Below are positions 36,806 to 50,145 of a DNA stretch of 64,000 nt, piece by piece. Every line of letters starts with the position of its first letter. Position 1 is the stretch's first letter. This DNA is from Antedon mediterranea (taxonomy: Eukaryota > Animalia > Echinodermata). Location: contig NC_092675.1 of the NCBI RefSeq assembly GCF_964355755.1, positions 15,906,912 through 15,970,911 of the forward strand, written 5' to 3'. A program made the position numbers and the translations under genes. The notes under the pieces are model-generated. The model did not search any database. It was given only the letters and a program-made list of their open reading frames with translations, and was not told the origin of the DNA.

Positions 36806-37740
36806 AACCACCCTCCTGCGATATTAAAGCAGATCCCGGCAGGAGTTAATAAGCGTATCAGTCAATTATCAAGCGACGAAGAAACATTCGATAACACCAA
36901 GCAATTATACAGCGAAGCACTCCGAACAAGCGGACACAGAGATAACTTATTCTACACCCACCACTCCGCATCCAGAAAAGAAGAAACAGAGGGAGGAACA
37001 TTAAGAAAATATGCGCACGAATCTTTTTACAATTAATCAAAAAACACTTTCCCAATGGACACGTATTACATAAAATATTTAATAAGAACAATGTGAAAGT
37101 AAGCTATAGTTGTATGCCATGTGTAAAAAATGTAATGCAAATGCATAACCATAAAGTACTGAACCCCCACACAGAACGAGAAAGTGCGTGCAATTGCCGC
37201 AACAAACCCAACAAACTCCGCCGACGTCATAACCAATAACGAAACGGTATGACGAGTGGGCAGTTTACAACTAGGTTTAACAATCATAAGAAATCTTTCA
37301 AAAAAGAAATGTAAAGTAAAGAATCCGAGCTCTCAAAGTACGTATGGTCTTTGAAAAGTAACGGTGTGATGTTTACAATTAAATGGAAAATAATTGAATA
37401 TTCTTCCACTAAGAACGCCGCTTAATAATGGGCGTTGTAGCCTTTGCCTCGATAAAAAGTTGTGTATTTTAAATGCAAACAAAACACATTTTTAAACAAA
37501 AGGTCTGAACTGATTTCAAAATGTCGCCATAACAAGAAAATCTACCTACCACCTGACTGAAGCCTTATAACATCTCGAGATACGGTATTATTCGGTCTAT
37601 CTGAAGATCGTTTCACGTGAAACACCGTGTAATAGGCGTCCGTGTTCCATCTAATTTTACTCTTGATTCCAATTGAGCACTTCTGCAGCCTCAACGCATC
37701 TATATAAATATACCCAGCTCCTTATTTGTTGAGCACTCTT
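36806..37740 (+). mobile_element. Second Penelope-like element 3' part plus pseudo-LTR, interrupted by L1/Tx1
   Basis: NHPPAILKQIPAGVNKRIS; KIFNKNNVKVSYSCMP; CNCRNK; SELSKYVW; RCSLCL; KRSELISKCRH. Confidence 0.85.
37595..37637 (+). ncRNA. Type I hammerhead ribozyme with weak stem II
   Basis: gtctat-CTGAAGA-tcgtttcacgt-GAAA-caccgtg-TA-ataggc. Confidence 0.65.
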
Positions 37741-40700
37741 TTTTTTTTCTCTTTTGTGGCGCAAACACCACTTTTATTCATATTCATGTTATCTCATATT
37801 ACATAAAATCGTATTATTTAACTTGTAAATGTAGTTACAGTTCATAAGTAACATTTTTACATATATGAATTCTGTAGGCCCTATTACTCCTTTTTTCATT
37901 AATTTTCTTATATTTTGCTATACACTTGACAGGATCATCATTATCATCTATCCCGTTTTAAAATAGTTCACACATTTTCATTTGTTTGATTTCATTTTAC
38001 AACCCGGATTGTACAATATAATTATTTATATACATGATAAAAAGAAATATAAAAAAAAAAACAAAAAACAACAATAATAGCTCAGTACCACCAGTAACCC
38101 GTATCACAGTAATTCATTTTCTGATAATCGTATCAAATTAGAAATTATATTAGCATAATAGTATTTCTTAAAGCTACCCATTTTTCTATATTTGTTTCTT
38201 TATTGTTATATGTTTCACATTCAATGTTATATAACATATTGCTTTTAAATGAATTCCATAACGATTTACCCACTGGCTTATTTAGTGCTGATAACATTTT
38301 TATTCTATAAATAGTAAATGCTGCAAAAGTGTAAATATAATCTATTAGCTTATCTCCCGTTCCTAGTATTAATTGTTTAAATGATATATTATTGTGGTTT
38401 AAACTTACAAAGATACTAAGCATTTTCCTCCAAAATTTCTGAATAAATCTACAACTAAAAAACAAATGATTTTCATTTTCAATTTCTCCACATTTGTCAC
38501 ACGTTTGTGTTTCCTTAACTTTCCACTGATACAGCCGTTTGTTGGTAGGCAGTATTCTTGTAACATCTTATAATTGAATGGTGCTAGTTTCTTATCTTTC
38601 ATTTTACATACTTTCCGTAACCAAGATGTTTTCCAATCTATGTTGTTATCTTACTTACTTGAATCTTACTTGAATCTTCGGGCTCTTGATTAAGGCAAAT
38701 GCCTTTTAAACGCCCTCCATTTCTTCTGTATTTATCTAGAATTGGTAGCAAAATTTATCTCCCATTGCTCTGTCTTTGTTTAGTTGATCCTTGAATGCAT
38801 TTATGTTTTCTGCTTGTACTGTAGTGTGGTATAGATTGTTCCATGTGTTGACGATTCTACATGAAAAGGAGTGGCTTCTGATTTTCAGTCGGGCTCTTGG
38901 CTTTCTTAATTTGAATTGATGGCCCCTTGTTCTACTGTCCTCTCTAAAGTCAAAAAAGGTTTCGGCTTCAATATCATCCAAGCCCTTGATAATTTTAAAC
39001 ACTTGTATAATGTCCGCTCTCCTTCTTCTGTAATTCAGTGTAGGTAATCCAAGCTCTTTTAATCTCTGATCGTAAGATTTATCTCTTAACTTTTTGACAA
39101 TTTTAGTGGCCCTACGCTGCACTCTTTCAAGCTTATCCAAATCACCTTTTAGGAGAGGGTACCATATACAGCTTGCGTATTCCAGATGAGGTCGAATTAT
39201 ACTTTTATAAAGGGGCAGGAACATATCCTTATCCATGTAAGCAAAAGATCGCCTTACCAATCCAATGAGTCTATTTGCTTTATTTACAGCTTCATTCGTA
39301 TGTAGTGAAAATTTTAAAGACTGATCAAAAGTAACTCCAAGGTCCTTTTCAGTATTGGCATTTGGCAGATCCTCGTCACCTTCCTCTGTTGGCATAGTGA
39401 ATTGCATTTGTGGATTTGAATTTCCATAATGTATTACTTTACATTTATTAATGTTGAATTTCAGCTGCCATCTTTTAGACCAATCGGATAATGCCTTGAG
39501 ATCATTTTGAACAGTATCATTTCTGTTTTCATACACAACATTAAACATCTTAGTGTCATCTGCAAACATCCATACTTTAGATTTAACTGCATCAGGTAGG
39601 TCGTTTATGAAAATGATAAATAATAAAGGGCCTAACACGCTGCCTTGAGGGACTCCGCTTTTAACCGTAATCATTGAAGTACTCTTCCCATTTTAGTTGT
39701 GACATTGGAATAATGAAATATTCTTTCACAAACCATGAGTATATTAGTTTGGTAGTATTAATCTCATACTTGGTCCCAACTAACTCATCATTATCATCAC
39801 AATTGAAAATATCTACCTCCTTAATAACACGTTTCCATTGAATGGGTATTGCCTTAATAATGCACAAATACTCATTTAACCAGTTTGTTTTACATTGTAG
39901 TTTCACCAGTATTTCGTTTGATATTAAAAAAGTGTTCTTATTAACAATATCTTTAATACTGATAATGCCACTGTCAATCCAATGCTTGTAGAAAATCGAT
40001 TTTTTTTTAGTTTAACGTAGTGGTTTCCCCACAGTTGCTCATTCATTAAATCGTTATAAGTTTCAGGTTTTTTTTAGAGATTCTGTTATAATTTATATAG
40101 GCTTTTATCATATTTTTGTAAAACAGTGGAATTTTATCAGAATTAACATCAATAATGCTAACATGACATATTAAGTAAAACATTAACATCACTTATTTTT
40201 TTAATATAATACATTGGAATATTTTTCCATTTAGCACCATCATCATTCATAATTCTTTTTAACCAGCCACACATGAGTGCGTTAACATGAAGAGTAAAAT
40301 GAGGCATTTTAATGCCTCCCATCTCATCATCACCAATTTTTCTTTTTATCTTTTCCCTTTTATTGTTCCAAATAAAATTATATATTAGATTTGTAACTTG
40401 TGTATATACATATTTTGGAACATCAGTGATATTTGCAGCATATGTTAATTTAGATAGTGCTTTTCAGGATTTCTAGCATTCCATTGCTTTAAAGTCTTTT
40501 CTAGCTCTATTAATTTAACATCTCAGTTTTTTCTGGTACATTCTTCTGTATTATACCCTACACATATGCCTAAAATTTTGATCGGGTGTTTTACCCAATT
40601 TAATTCTAAAGGCCTATCTATTCTGTTTTTCCATTTACCAATCCAAAAAGCATTGGTTTTTTTATATTTAGTGTCATTCCAGATACTTCACAAAAAAGTT

Positions 40701-41679
40701 CAATTACCGTACACTGACTGCTGACTTAATACTTTTGTCATTACCAACATACAAAACAGTATCATCGGCTAATTGGCTTATTCTAGCTTCTATGTTATTT
40801 TCATTATTTGGAAGTTTAATACCCTTATAGTCATCTTTGTTTCTTATTCTAGATGCCATTACTTCGACCACTAAAATGAATAACAGAGCGGATAGAGGAC
40901 AACCTTGTCTAATACCTCTTTCCATTTTAAAATTGTTTGAAACCCAACCATTGTTAACTGTGACACATTCAACGTTATTATATAATACTTTTACCCAGTT
41001 ACAAAAGAACATTCCAAAGTTAAACTTTTCTAGAACATAGAACATAAAATCTCTACTAATAAAATCAAAAGCCTTCTTAAAATCTAAGGTAATTATTGCC
41101 CCTTCGATATCATTACATTCTGTATAATAAAGCAGGTCTTCTATTAACAGAATGTTTTCACCAGCGAAACGGCCTTTTATATAGCCTTTTTGGTCTAAAC
41201 TTACTATTGATTTAATAACCATTTTAAGTCTGTTACTTAACACATGTGCAAGAATTTTGTAATCGGTGTTTAAGAGGGTAATGGGACGCCAATTATTCAA
41301 ATTTTCTCTTTCTCCATCCTTGAACAAAAGGGTGATTACACCTCGTTTTTGCGAAAAGGATAATTCTTAAGAATTATAACTTTCATTTAACGCATCGCAA
41401 ATTAAATGTTTAATATTATTCCAAAAGAACACATAACATTCAACACTTAGACTATCCGATCCTGGTGTTTATTTTTTTTCATCATTGAAATTGCCTTTTT
41501 ACATTCATCAATAGTGACGTAACCTTCACAATTTTCTTTTTCTATTTCTGAAAGCTTGTTTATAATAGAATTACAAAGGTATTTCTTAATTTTTCCAGGG
41601 TTTATAACATTTTTTGCGTATAAATCTTCGAAATGTTGTATTTGTTCTTTTAAAATATCAATTGGGATCGTTGCTAAGC
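37741..41679 (-). mobile_element. 5'-truncated L1/Tx1-clade LINE
   Basis: RT motifs NWRPITLLNTDYKILA, LDFKKAFD, GIRQGCPLS, QLADDT; C-terminal CDKCGEIENENHLFFSC; poly(A) at the 37741 end; 14-bp duplication TGTTGAGCACTCTT at 37727-37740 and 41680-41693. Confidence 0.92.
38651..39669 (-). mobile_element. Young 5'-truncated CR1 LINE nested in the L1/Tx1
   Basis: Uninterrupted frame GVPQGSVLGPLLF...FADDTK...RTRGHQFKL...WNNL; (AGATTCAAGTA)n tail; ATC repeated at both junctions. Confidence 0.93.
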
Positions 41680-42482
41680 TGTTGAGCACTCTTGCCGAAA
41701 AGCAGCCCCTAAGATGGAACGCATCATCTACAACTATTCGATAAGGGACATAACGATCCCCTCACTTACCAACTACAAGAAGGCTTTAATTGGAAAGGTG
41801 GAAAGCGTGATAAAGCATATGCGATGGAAGGCATACTTTTTCCTGCAAGATAGTGACTAACACAAGCCAAGTGACCCAAGCCCGCATTTTTGCCCAAAAT
41901 CGAGGAAGAACCCACCACAGGTTCCGCAACTTAAGCAATTCGAGGACGACCTGTTAAAAATGATCGAAACAAAACAAGTCCACAACGCGTTCTAAAAACA
42001 AATGAAAACCGACATGAACGCGATGAAGTCCTCAAAACAAGGTGTTCGTCTTCGCCGAAAAAACAAGAAACATATACAATACCGATACAGCGGTATACAC
42101 AAAGCTGATACACGACAACGTAACATCGAAACACAAAATAGCTGAAGATAACCTACAGGCGTCAATCAACACCAACCTCCAGAAAATCGCCGTAAAGCTA
42201 AAAATACAAGACCGAATCGCGCCGATGGCTGGAAATCGAGCCTTCGTCACACTAAAGGACCACAAAGATAATTTTGCTGCGAATAGAATAGAATAGAACC
42301 CAACATGCCGCCTAATAAACCCCGCAAAGACCGAAATGGGAAAGGTAAGCAAATCGATCTTGGACTCCATTAATAAAGAAATTAGACTGTAGTTGACTGG
42401 TTCAAGAACATTACAGACAAACATCGACACACATTTATTATGTTCGACATAGTGGACTTTTATCCATCAATATCACTAAACT
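41680..42482 (+). mobile_element. Continuation of the Penelope element: pseudo-LTR end and RT N-terminal half
   Basis: MERIIYNYS...MRWKAYFF; FAEKTRNIY; FVTLKDHKDNF; [16 protein letters not shown]; FDIVDFYPSIS. Confidence 0.85.
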
Positions 42483-42599
42483 TGCATGGCAATCGACGGG
42501 TGTCACGAAACCTAAGACCACGAAAGCTAAGACCCCCTAAGACCTAAGATCACGAAAGCTAACACAAAGCAAGGCTTAGTCTCACATCCCACAGCACAT

Positions 42600-45500
42600 T
42601 CTAAGAGTAGGTCAGTGCGTTTTCCATCCTCCTTTGCGGTGACATTGAGATTAACCCATGTCCCTACAAATTTCCTTGCGGAACCTGCAGTAAACCTGTT
42701 CAACCAAAAGGGCTTGAAGTGTGTTTGTTGCAATTCGTGGTTTCACACAAGTTGTCAAACTGTGTCGAACATTGAATACTCCCGATTATATGCCTGTCCG
42801 GATGAGCTTTGGTTTTGTGGGCCTGGTTCGCTACCAATCTCCAATTGGCACAAAATGAATTAATTGACAAGATATTACTAAACGTGATCAGATAGGGGAA
42901 ATGTCTTGCATTTTGGGTCAAAGGTCAGTAACGTTATTTCCGGTCATTTTTACAGATAATGTTCTATTAGTTTGAATATAAACATCTATATTCTGGACAG
43001 TTTGACACCAATTACAACTTTCTGTGTCGAGTATTTACGGAGATATGATATCTGTTAGATATTGGGTCAAAGGTCAATAGACGTATTTCCGGCCATTTTT
43101 GGACAACATGTTCTATTACATCAAATATGAACATGTACATTCCGAACAATTTGACACCAAAATCAACTCTCTATGACCAGTGGTTGCCAAGATATCATAG
43201 TCTACTGGCAGCCATTTTAAAAAAAGCGCCCTCACGCGAAAGTTCTCAGGTTACAGCCCGTTTACCCAATATATTTGGATTCCCCAGAAAAAACTGGTCT
43301 AGAAAAGTCATATGAGAATTTCTACCTCTCCGGGTGGCACCTACCTCATTCATAGCCTAGTCCCATTCTCGGATTCCTTCTTTGAATCTAGTGCATCAAA
43401 CATCAGTACTGATTCATCAACCGAGTCACAATCTGATATATTCGGGACTTCATCATCGTCATCTTCTCGCAATGGACCTACTCTTCGTTGCGCTTTACTA
43501 AATTCTCGGAGTTTAAAAAACAAACTTACTTGAGTTTCAAGCTGTAGTTTCAATCAATAATTGATGTTACGGAAATATGGCTGAACTCTACTATACCATC
43601 TACTTTAATTTAAATTACGCAATTTTCAGGACAGAAATCGTCATGGAGGTGGTGTGATGCTAGCTGTCGCAAATGGACTTTTATCTTCCATTATAGATCT
43701 TCCACCAGATGTTACAACCGAAGTAGTTTTTGTTCAATTAAACATTGGATCAAATAAGTGGATTTGTGGAGCTTACTATAGACCCCGTCCGACACTGGTA
43801 GTATCGGACTCTTACGCAGGCGTCATCTTGTTGGGTGATTTTAATATCGAATTTTCGCCTAATATTACTACGAAACTAAAGTCGAATTTATTAGAGAATT
43901 TATCTGAAGCGCTATGTTTTGATCAACTTTTTCGTGACGTTATTCGATCATCCGATGATTTGAAATCTAATACAATAATTGATCTGATATTTACCTCACA
44001 TCCAGATCGTTTGTGTGATGTTAGAACTGTGGCTGGTATTGGCAACTCTGATCATAATATGGTGTCAATTAGAAAACGCGGCTCTTCTGGTAAGCTTCCA
44101 AAGATGATCCGTGAATTCTATCATTACCATTAAGCTGATATTACACATTATATCACTGACTCCGTGGGAATTAATCGACTTCAGTGACATCAATTCAGCG
44201 GGGATCAATTCGCAGATTTCTTTTTTTCCATGTGTCCATGATAGTATTCATGTCCGTTGTTCCCGTAAAATGGCAAAACCTTGGATTTGATCGCCAGAAG
44301 CGTGCCCTGTTCAAAAGAGCTCGTACACAAAATACAATTGCGGCATGGAATAAATATAAGATTATACGTAATAAAGTTCGTAATGTCTCCAAACGGGCAT
44401 ACGGTGATTTCATCACCAACTAATTAGTTAGTCATGTTTGTCCTTCGTGAAAATCAAGCGTAAATCATCCGATAATATCGATTTGTTTGTGATTAATGGC
44501 AATACTATCAGGGATCCCACTCCGATTGCCGATGAGTTTAATAAATTGTTATTTACGTCTACTGAAACAGCCGGCAGTATCATGTCTCCCACTTTGAATA
44601 TACCGTCGTTAAAGCACTTCAGAGTCTCCTGTTTCCAGGTGGAATCTGGTATTAAAAACTTTGTACCAAGTAAAGCCTGTGGCCCTGTTGGATTAAGCGC
44701 TCGCATGCTAAAGCTAGCATGTCCAGTTATTATCCCACTGATTTTTCAATCAATCGCTGTCTTGTGGTCAAATTTCTAGCATGTGGAAACGAGCGAACGA
44801 AGAAAGGGGACAAAGCTAACCAACTCAATTACCGGCCTGTATCTCTTACGTCAGTGGTGTGTAAGATATTGGAGAAACTTGTTTCTCAACAAATTCTTCA
44901 CCATTGTCTTAGTAATGGTCTTTTGGCAGCTCATCAACATGGTTTTCATGTACTACAGCATTGATGTCAGCTATGACGGACTGGTTACGCGCGCTTGACT
45001 CTAAATCTCCAGCTGTTGACCTTATCGCACTGGACTTCAGTCGTGCGTTCGAAACGATAGCGCACAGTAATATTCTCATTAGAAATTTTGACTTTTAAGA
45101 TCAATGATTCCGCATTAAGTTGGATAAACTCTTTTATTTGTAACCGTTTACAAAGTGTTGTGTATAAGGGCAAATCCTCTGATTGGTACTTGTTAAATCG
45201 GGAGTTCCCCAAAGGTCTGTCCTGGGTCCTTTGTTATTTGTTTTGTATGTTAATGATTTACACCTTCATGTTTATTCTACCATGGTTCAATATGCTAATG
45301 ACGTTTTTCTTTTTCGCCGTGTTACTGATTTACTCTCCATTGATTTATGAGCTAAGAACTCCCTTTATTTGAATCTTGACAAATGTAAATCGATGCATTT
45401 AACGTGGAGACATTACCCCAAACCCAATTATTATGTTTCGGATAAATTATTAGAATCTGTTAATTCTCTTAAGAATTTAGGATGTTCGATTCAATATAAT

Positions 45501-46535
45501 TTGTCATGGGACAAACAAATGCTTGACAATGTTTTGAATTGTAACAGTCTCATGGGTCTGATACGACTAATAAAACATCGAATGCTTCTAAAGAGGTAGC
45601 TGTGCACCTTTATAAGTCACTTGTACTACCTTGTTTGTATTATTGTTCAGTTTGGTGGATGTATCGCAAGAAACACATTAAGCTTGGTTCCCACTAGAAC
45701 GTAACGCAAGGACGTAAACGCAGCGCAAACGTTTTAACCAATGACAAGCGCTTGTGATAAGAATCGGTACAGCGGAGAGCTACTTGCATGATACTTAGGA
45801 AAGGATACTTGGAACAATCGTATTTCAACAGAAGAATTGAGTTAGGTCTATTGTCGAAAATAGACTTGCTTTCATTAATATGTCCTTTATTGCCAAATTA
45901 CTTATTTCTCATAGATCTGATTTTATGTGCAATTTTATTGAATTTTTTGTTATTAACAAGAGGCATCAAGATGTCTCGTTTCATCAGGGTATCGATAGGA
46001 CTGATGCGTACAAATATTCCGGAGTTTTTCGTTTTCCAAAGGCTTTTTCTGTACTGCATGTGGGGGATCCGTAATTATCTCATTGAAAGTTTAAAGCCAG
46101 TTTAAAACAATGTTATACTGATGTTTAATTGTTCTAGATTTTTTTTCGACTTCAAGGTCTATTTTTATAAACATTTTTGTAAATATAATGACGAATGTAC
46201 AATAATCTACTATTTATAATACAAGTATCTATTTTTATAAATCTATCTCTAATGTACAATAATCCTTTTTTTTTATAATATGAGCATCTATTTTTATTAT
46301 CTATCTCTAATATAAAATACTAATTTTTGCACAGTATTTTATTTGTTCTATGTTTTGTTTTATATTGAATTTTATTTGTTGATATGTATTGTTGACGTGG
46401 GTTTGGTTAAGCATATCTTTTGATGACAGTTTTTTTAACTTTTGCTTTACCTCGACAGCCTTGTTCAACTTGTTTGTTTCTGATTGTCGAAAGATTGAAA
46501 ATAAAAAAATAAATAAATAAGATAAAAAATAAATC
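42600..46535 (+). mobile_element. Near full-length but decayed CR1/L2-group LINE (2A-like motif, PHD finger, APE, RT)
   Basis: LLCGDIEINPCP; CGTC...CVCCNSWFHTSC...WFC; LLNSRSLKNK, LLGDFNI, GNSDH; NYRPVSLTSVVCK, GVPQRSVLGPLLF; A-rich tail near 46500-46534. Confidence 0.85.
42838..43365. mobile_element. Non-coding insertion with ~150-bp subrepeats splitting the LINE after its PHD finger
   Basis: Removing it joins GSLP to FSDSFFES; repeated gggtcaaaggtca...atttccgg. Confidence 0.6.
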
Positions 46536-46807
46536 ATACTGTCAAATTATAGAAACAGTGCTCATATTCGATTCGGAACATAATCGCGTCGAGCATAGCT
46601 CATTGACGAAAGTTACGCATTTTGTCCGCATCATACCACTAGACCACAGAGTCATATAGGCCTATGGTATTATCACAGATTTTCACCCTCCAGATACAGT
46701 CTGTCATACAACAAACGCCCTCACAATCAGTGAAGGCCTAACAAGTCAGAATAAATTCGAAACTGCGACCTCCCGCAAACTCAATTGGATAGCGAATGAG
46801 AAAAAGT

Positions 46808-46879
46808 CGCCCCAACCGAGACTCGAACTCGGACCTCCTGCTTGATATGCAGATGTCCTAACCATTAGACCACTGGGGC
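46808..46879 (-). tRNA. tRNA-like gene, anticodon ATC, intact cloverleaf
   Basis: Same stems as 27496-27567, one variable-loop change, T5 terminator. Confidence 0.62.
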
Positions 46880-47056
46880 TTTCATGGCATTGTTCAAACT
46901 CGATTGGATAGCGAATCTTTAACATTCTCGGCGTGGTACGGCGGAACAGCACTAGTCCCTAAATTGTACGCACGCGCACCAGAGATCAGAGCCATACATA
47001 CGCGATTATGAGATCATGTTCCGAATATGAGCACTGTTTCTATAATTTACAGTATG

Positions 47057-47099
<43 letters not shown>

Positions 47100-47291
47100 T
47101 CTGCCATAGATCAAATTGATACGCCCTCATCTTTCAGTATTTTATTCACGAAGCGGGATCTCAAAAGATATACTTTTATAGGCCTATATATAAACACATC
47201 AGGTATAGAACATTAATTCTAAACCGCCCGGAAATTTAATTTTTAATTTGAAACGATAAAGATGAGGAAATCTGTGAGAATGAGAAAAAAT

Positions 47292-47363
47292 CGCCCCAAC
47301 CAAGACTCGAACCCGGAACCTTCTGCTTGATATGCAGATGTCCCACCATTAGACCACTGGGGC
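47292..47363 (-). tRNA. Degenerate tRNA-like copy (ATC)
   Basis: Loop ATATCAA kept; changes in D and T arms. Confidence 0.5.
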
Positions 47364-47399
47364 TTTTATGGTATTGTTCAAATATAGAGCAACACCTCT

Positions 47400-48920
47400 G
47401 ATTCAGTTGTTGAAATTAATTGTCGACTTTCCGAATGAGAGAAAAAAACCTCTCTCCCGAGACCCGCTGATTAAGGTTCTGCCATTATCGCTAATAGACA
47501 TCACATTTTACGAAGAGTTCTTAAGACAGCTAAAATCCTCTTCATTATCGTAAAATTACCACAGATCCCACCCCGGAAATTGCGGATATGGTAGCAAAAT
47601 CTGCAAAAAACACTCCATCGATCCTAAGAGTGAACCACATTTGGCACAGGTTAATCCAGTTCTAGGCAGATTTTACTTCTTACCTAAAATCCACAAAGCA
47701 GGCAATCCTTGTCGACCCATTATTTCGGGCAATGGCACTGCTACAGAGAAAATTTCTGAATATGCGTTGTGACTGATCTCCGATCATACATTCTGGACTC
47801 CACGGACTTTATCCAAATTCAAAGTTTACCTAATAATTCTGTTCTGCCTACATTTGATGTTTCATCGTTGTATACGAATATTCCTCACAAAGAAGGAGCC
47901 GACGCATGCATTTCAAATTACAAACACATTCCAAGCAAAACGCCTCATTTACGAGAACTGGTCATGTTGATTTTAATCAACAACAATTTCATTTTTGGCA
48001 GTGACCATTACCTCCAAATTCATGGAACACATCGATGGGCACAAAAATGGCGCCATATTTTGCAAATTTATTTATTTGATGCAAATTTTCTGTCCATCCA
48101 ACCTAATAAACCACTTGTTTGGTTTAGATACATTGACGACATCTTCATTATCTGGACCCATGGTGAAGAAAATCTGGATTCATTTCTTCTGAATATTAAT
48201 TTAGCCCACCCAACTATCAAATTTACAGCTACTAAATCCACTAGTAGCGTTGTCTTTTTGGACACTATAAAAGTGACCATAGAAAATGGTACACTAAAAA
48301 CTGATCTATTTCGTAAACCATACCGTACAGTCAAGCATTACATATTAGACATATCTGTTCCTTAGATTTAGATTTTCAGAATCGTACAGAAGAACTAACC
48401 GGACATCTCCGGAATAGAAATTACAAGAAGGAATACATTGGAACTGCTATAAAGAAAGCAAAGGATATTCCTCGATGTCAGACAATGATGTACAAACCAC
48501 GTCACCTAAATTCGACCATAGTGCCATTGGTCACAACCTATCACCCTAGGTTGCCTCCATTACGGGCTATTATTGAGAAACATATGCCCATTAAAGTCCA
48601 CAGAACGTCTCAGGACTATTTTTCCGGATCCACCCATTATTGCATTTCTTAGACCTCCCAACCTTCGTGATATATTAGTAAGATCTAAAGTTAAGAGTGA
48701 AATTAAAACTCATGACAGGTTGACAAGATCGGTACAAGGCAGTGTAATGTGGTCTGTAATACGGCATTTGATTCCTTACGATGTTCTACATCATATAACA
48801 TTGGTTGCTGGTGGTATCTAATATCTAATATCTATTATCTTGGGGCTGCAACGTAAAAGCTCTCTCTCTCTCTCTCTGACCCCACTGATTTGTGGTTTTA
48901 CCCTCTTGAAGAAGGTTTTG
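47400..48920 (+). mobile_element. Decayed Penelope-like element RT (Neptune-like)
   Basis: RFYFLPKIHKAGNPCRPIISG; FDVSSLYTNIPH; WFRYIDDIF; HPTIKFT; PPNLRDILVRS. Confidence 0.88.
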
Positions 48921-49494
48921 TGACAATTTTGATTTCCGCCCTCTCAAAAAGAAAAAGGTACATCGTACGAGGCCTATTAAATAACACTGGTTCATCATAG
49001 TGTATAATGAATGTGTGCATTATAATAAACCGTCAAAATAAATACAGATAAACATTTTATTACAAGTAAGTAAATTTGATTTTGTAAAATGTATAATCTT
49101 ATAACAGTCAAATAGTAATTAAAGTTAGCTTGCGCTAATATGTAGAAATTATACCGTTGTAGATCAACAACTAACTTTTGTTGATGTAAGTTCATAGGCT
49201 TACCTTGTTGTTGTTTTGACGACATAAAAATATAAAGCAATGTTACAGTAGTTTAAATACAGAAAATATTGAGTGTTGAACAGGATCGTCGTTAGCGCGT
49301 TCTCGTTTCTTCATCATTATATTCTGCTGCAGCTGTTGGGTAGATATTGGGTAGACTCCTCGTATCTAGATGAATATCAATATAGTCAGTTACCTATACA
49401 TAGAGGCAGAATATGTACAGTACTTTCATTCACGGGATACCGTATAGGCCAGCTACTTATAGAGTTCTACCAGAAAAAAAAAATCTATCATTGA

Positions 49495-49980
49495 TTCGTC
49501 CTCGAGTACAACAGCTCCATCTTATATTGCGGTCCTAAATCTTGGCATTTACTTTCATCATCTTATCTCTCACAAACAAACTATCAATTTCTAGTTTTAA
49601 ATACAACATTAAAAATGCCCTGATCTTGGTATATGGCGAATACAATTTTTTTACAATTTTGTTTTTGCCTGGATAACTTCTTATATATCTATATTGTTTC
49701 TTTGGTATTGCATTCTTTGAAAATTACCATTTTTTTCAATGAGCTTGCCTGAATCGTCATGTTCGCCTTCTCCTTTTCCTCCCTTTTTATTTGGATATAT
49801 CGTTTTTTGTATTTTCCTCATTTTGTCTGGGAGCCTACGCGTAAAGTTTTAAACTTATATAGGTTTCCTTCCACACATACTATGTTTTTATTGGTTATTA
49901 TCGTACGTGTTAATATAATTATTATTTTATTCATTTTTAATATATGTGTGGAAAACATTTATTGGATATTGAATAAACTA
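49495..49980 (+). mobile_element. LINE 3' end fragment (CR1/L2 group)
   Basis: YCGPKSWHL, FKYNIK, then a 3' UTR ending in aataaa; resembles 9650-9770. Confidence 0.45.
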
Positions 49981-50093
49981 AGCATACAGGATTGTTAAAT
50001 ATACACTTAATAATAAATAATAACTGATAATTAATTTTTTTCTTCTTTGTTTTAGAATAAGTACCGTAGGCCTATTAGCCTAATTATTGAATC

Positions 50094-50145
50094 ATGAAGT
50101 CACAGTGGATCATATTTCTACTTTTATTAATAACGGCCGGTGGTG
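50094..50145 (+). CDS. LDL-receptor-family gene, coding exon 1 (signal peptide MKSQWIIFLLLLITAGG)
   Basis: Acceptor at 50055, atcATG, donor G|gtatgt, phase 1. Confidence 0.85.

Larger units (their letters stand above)
46536..47380 (-). mobile_element. Composite cluster: two tRNA-bearing units, inverted repeats of another element (46536-46589 / 47001-47055) and (AT)n
   Basis: 46795-46990 and 47108-47380 are reverse complements of the 366-bp unit. Confidence 0.8.

Noticed and set aside
48900-48930. Fifth hammerhead (ttgaagaaggttttgtgac) after the Neptune-like element
   Set aside because: Second half of stem II and GAAA are missing
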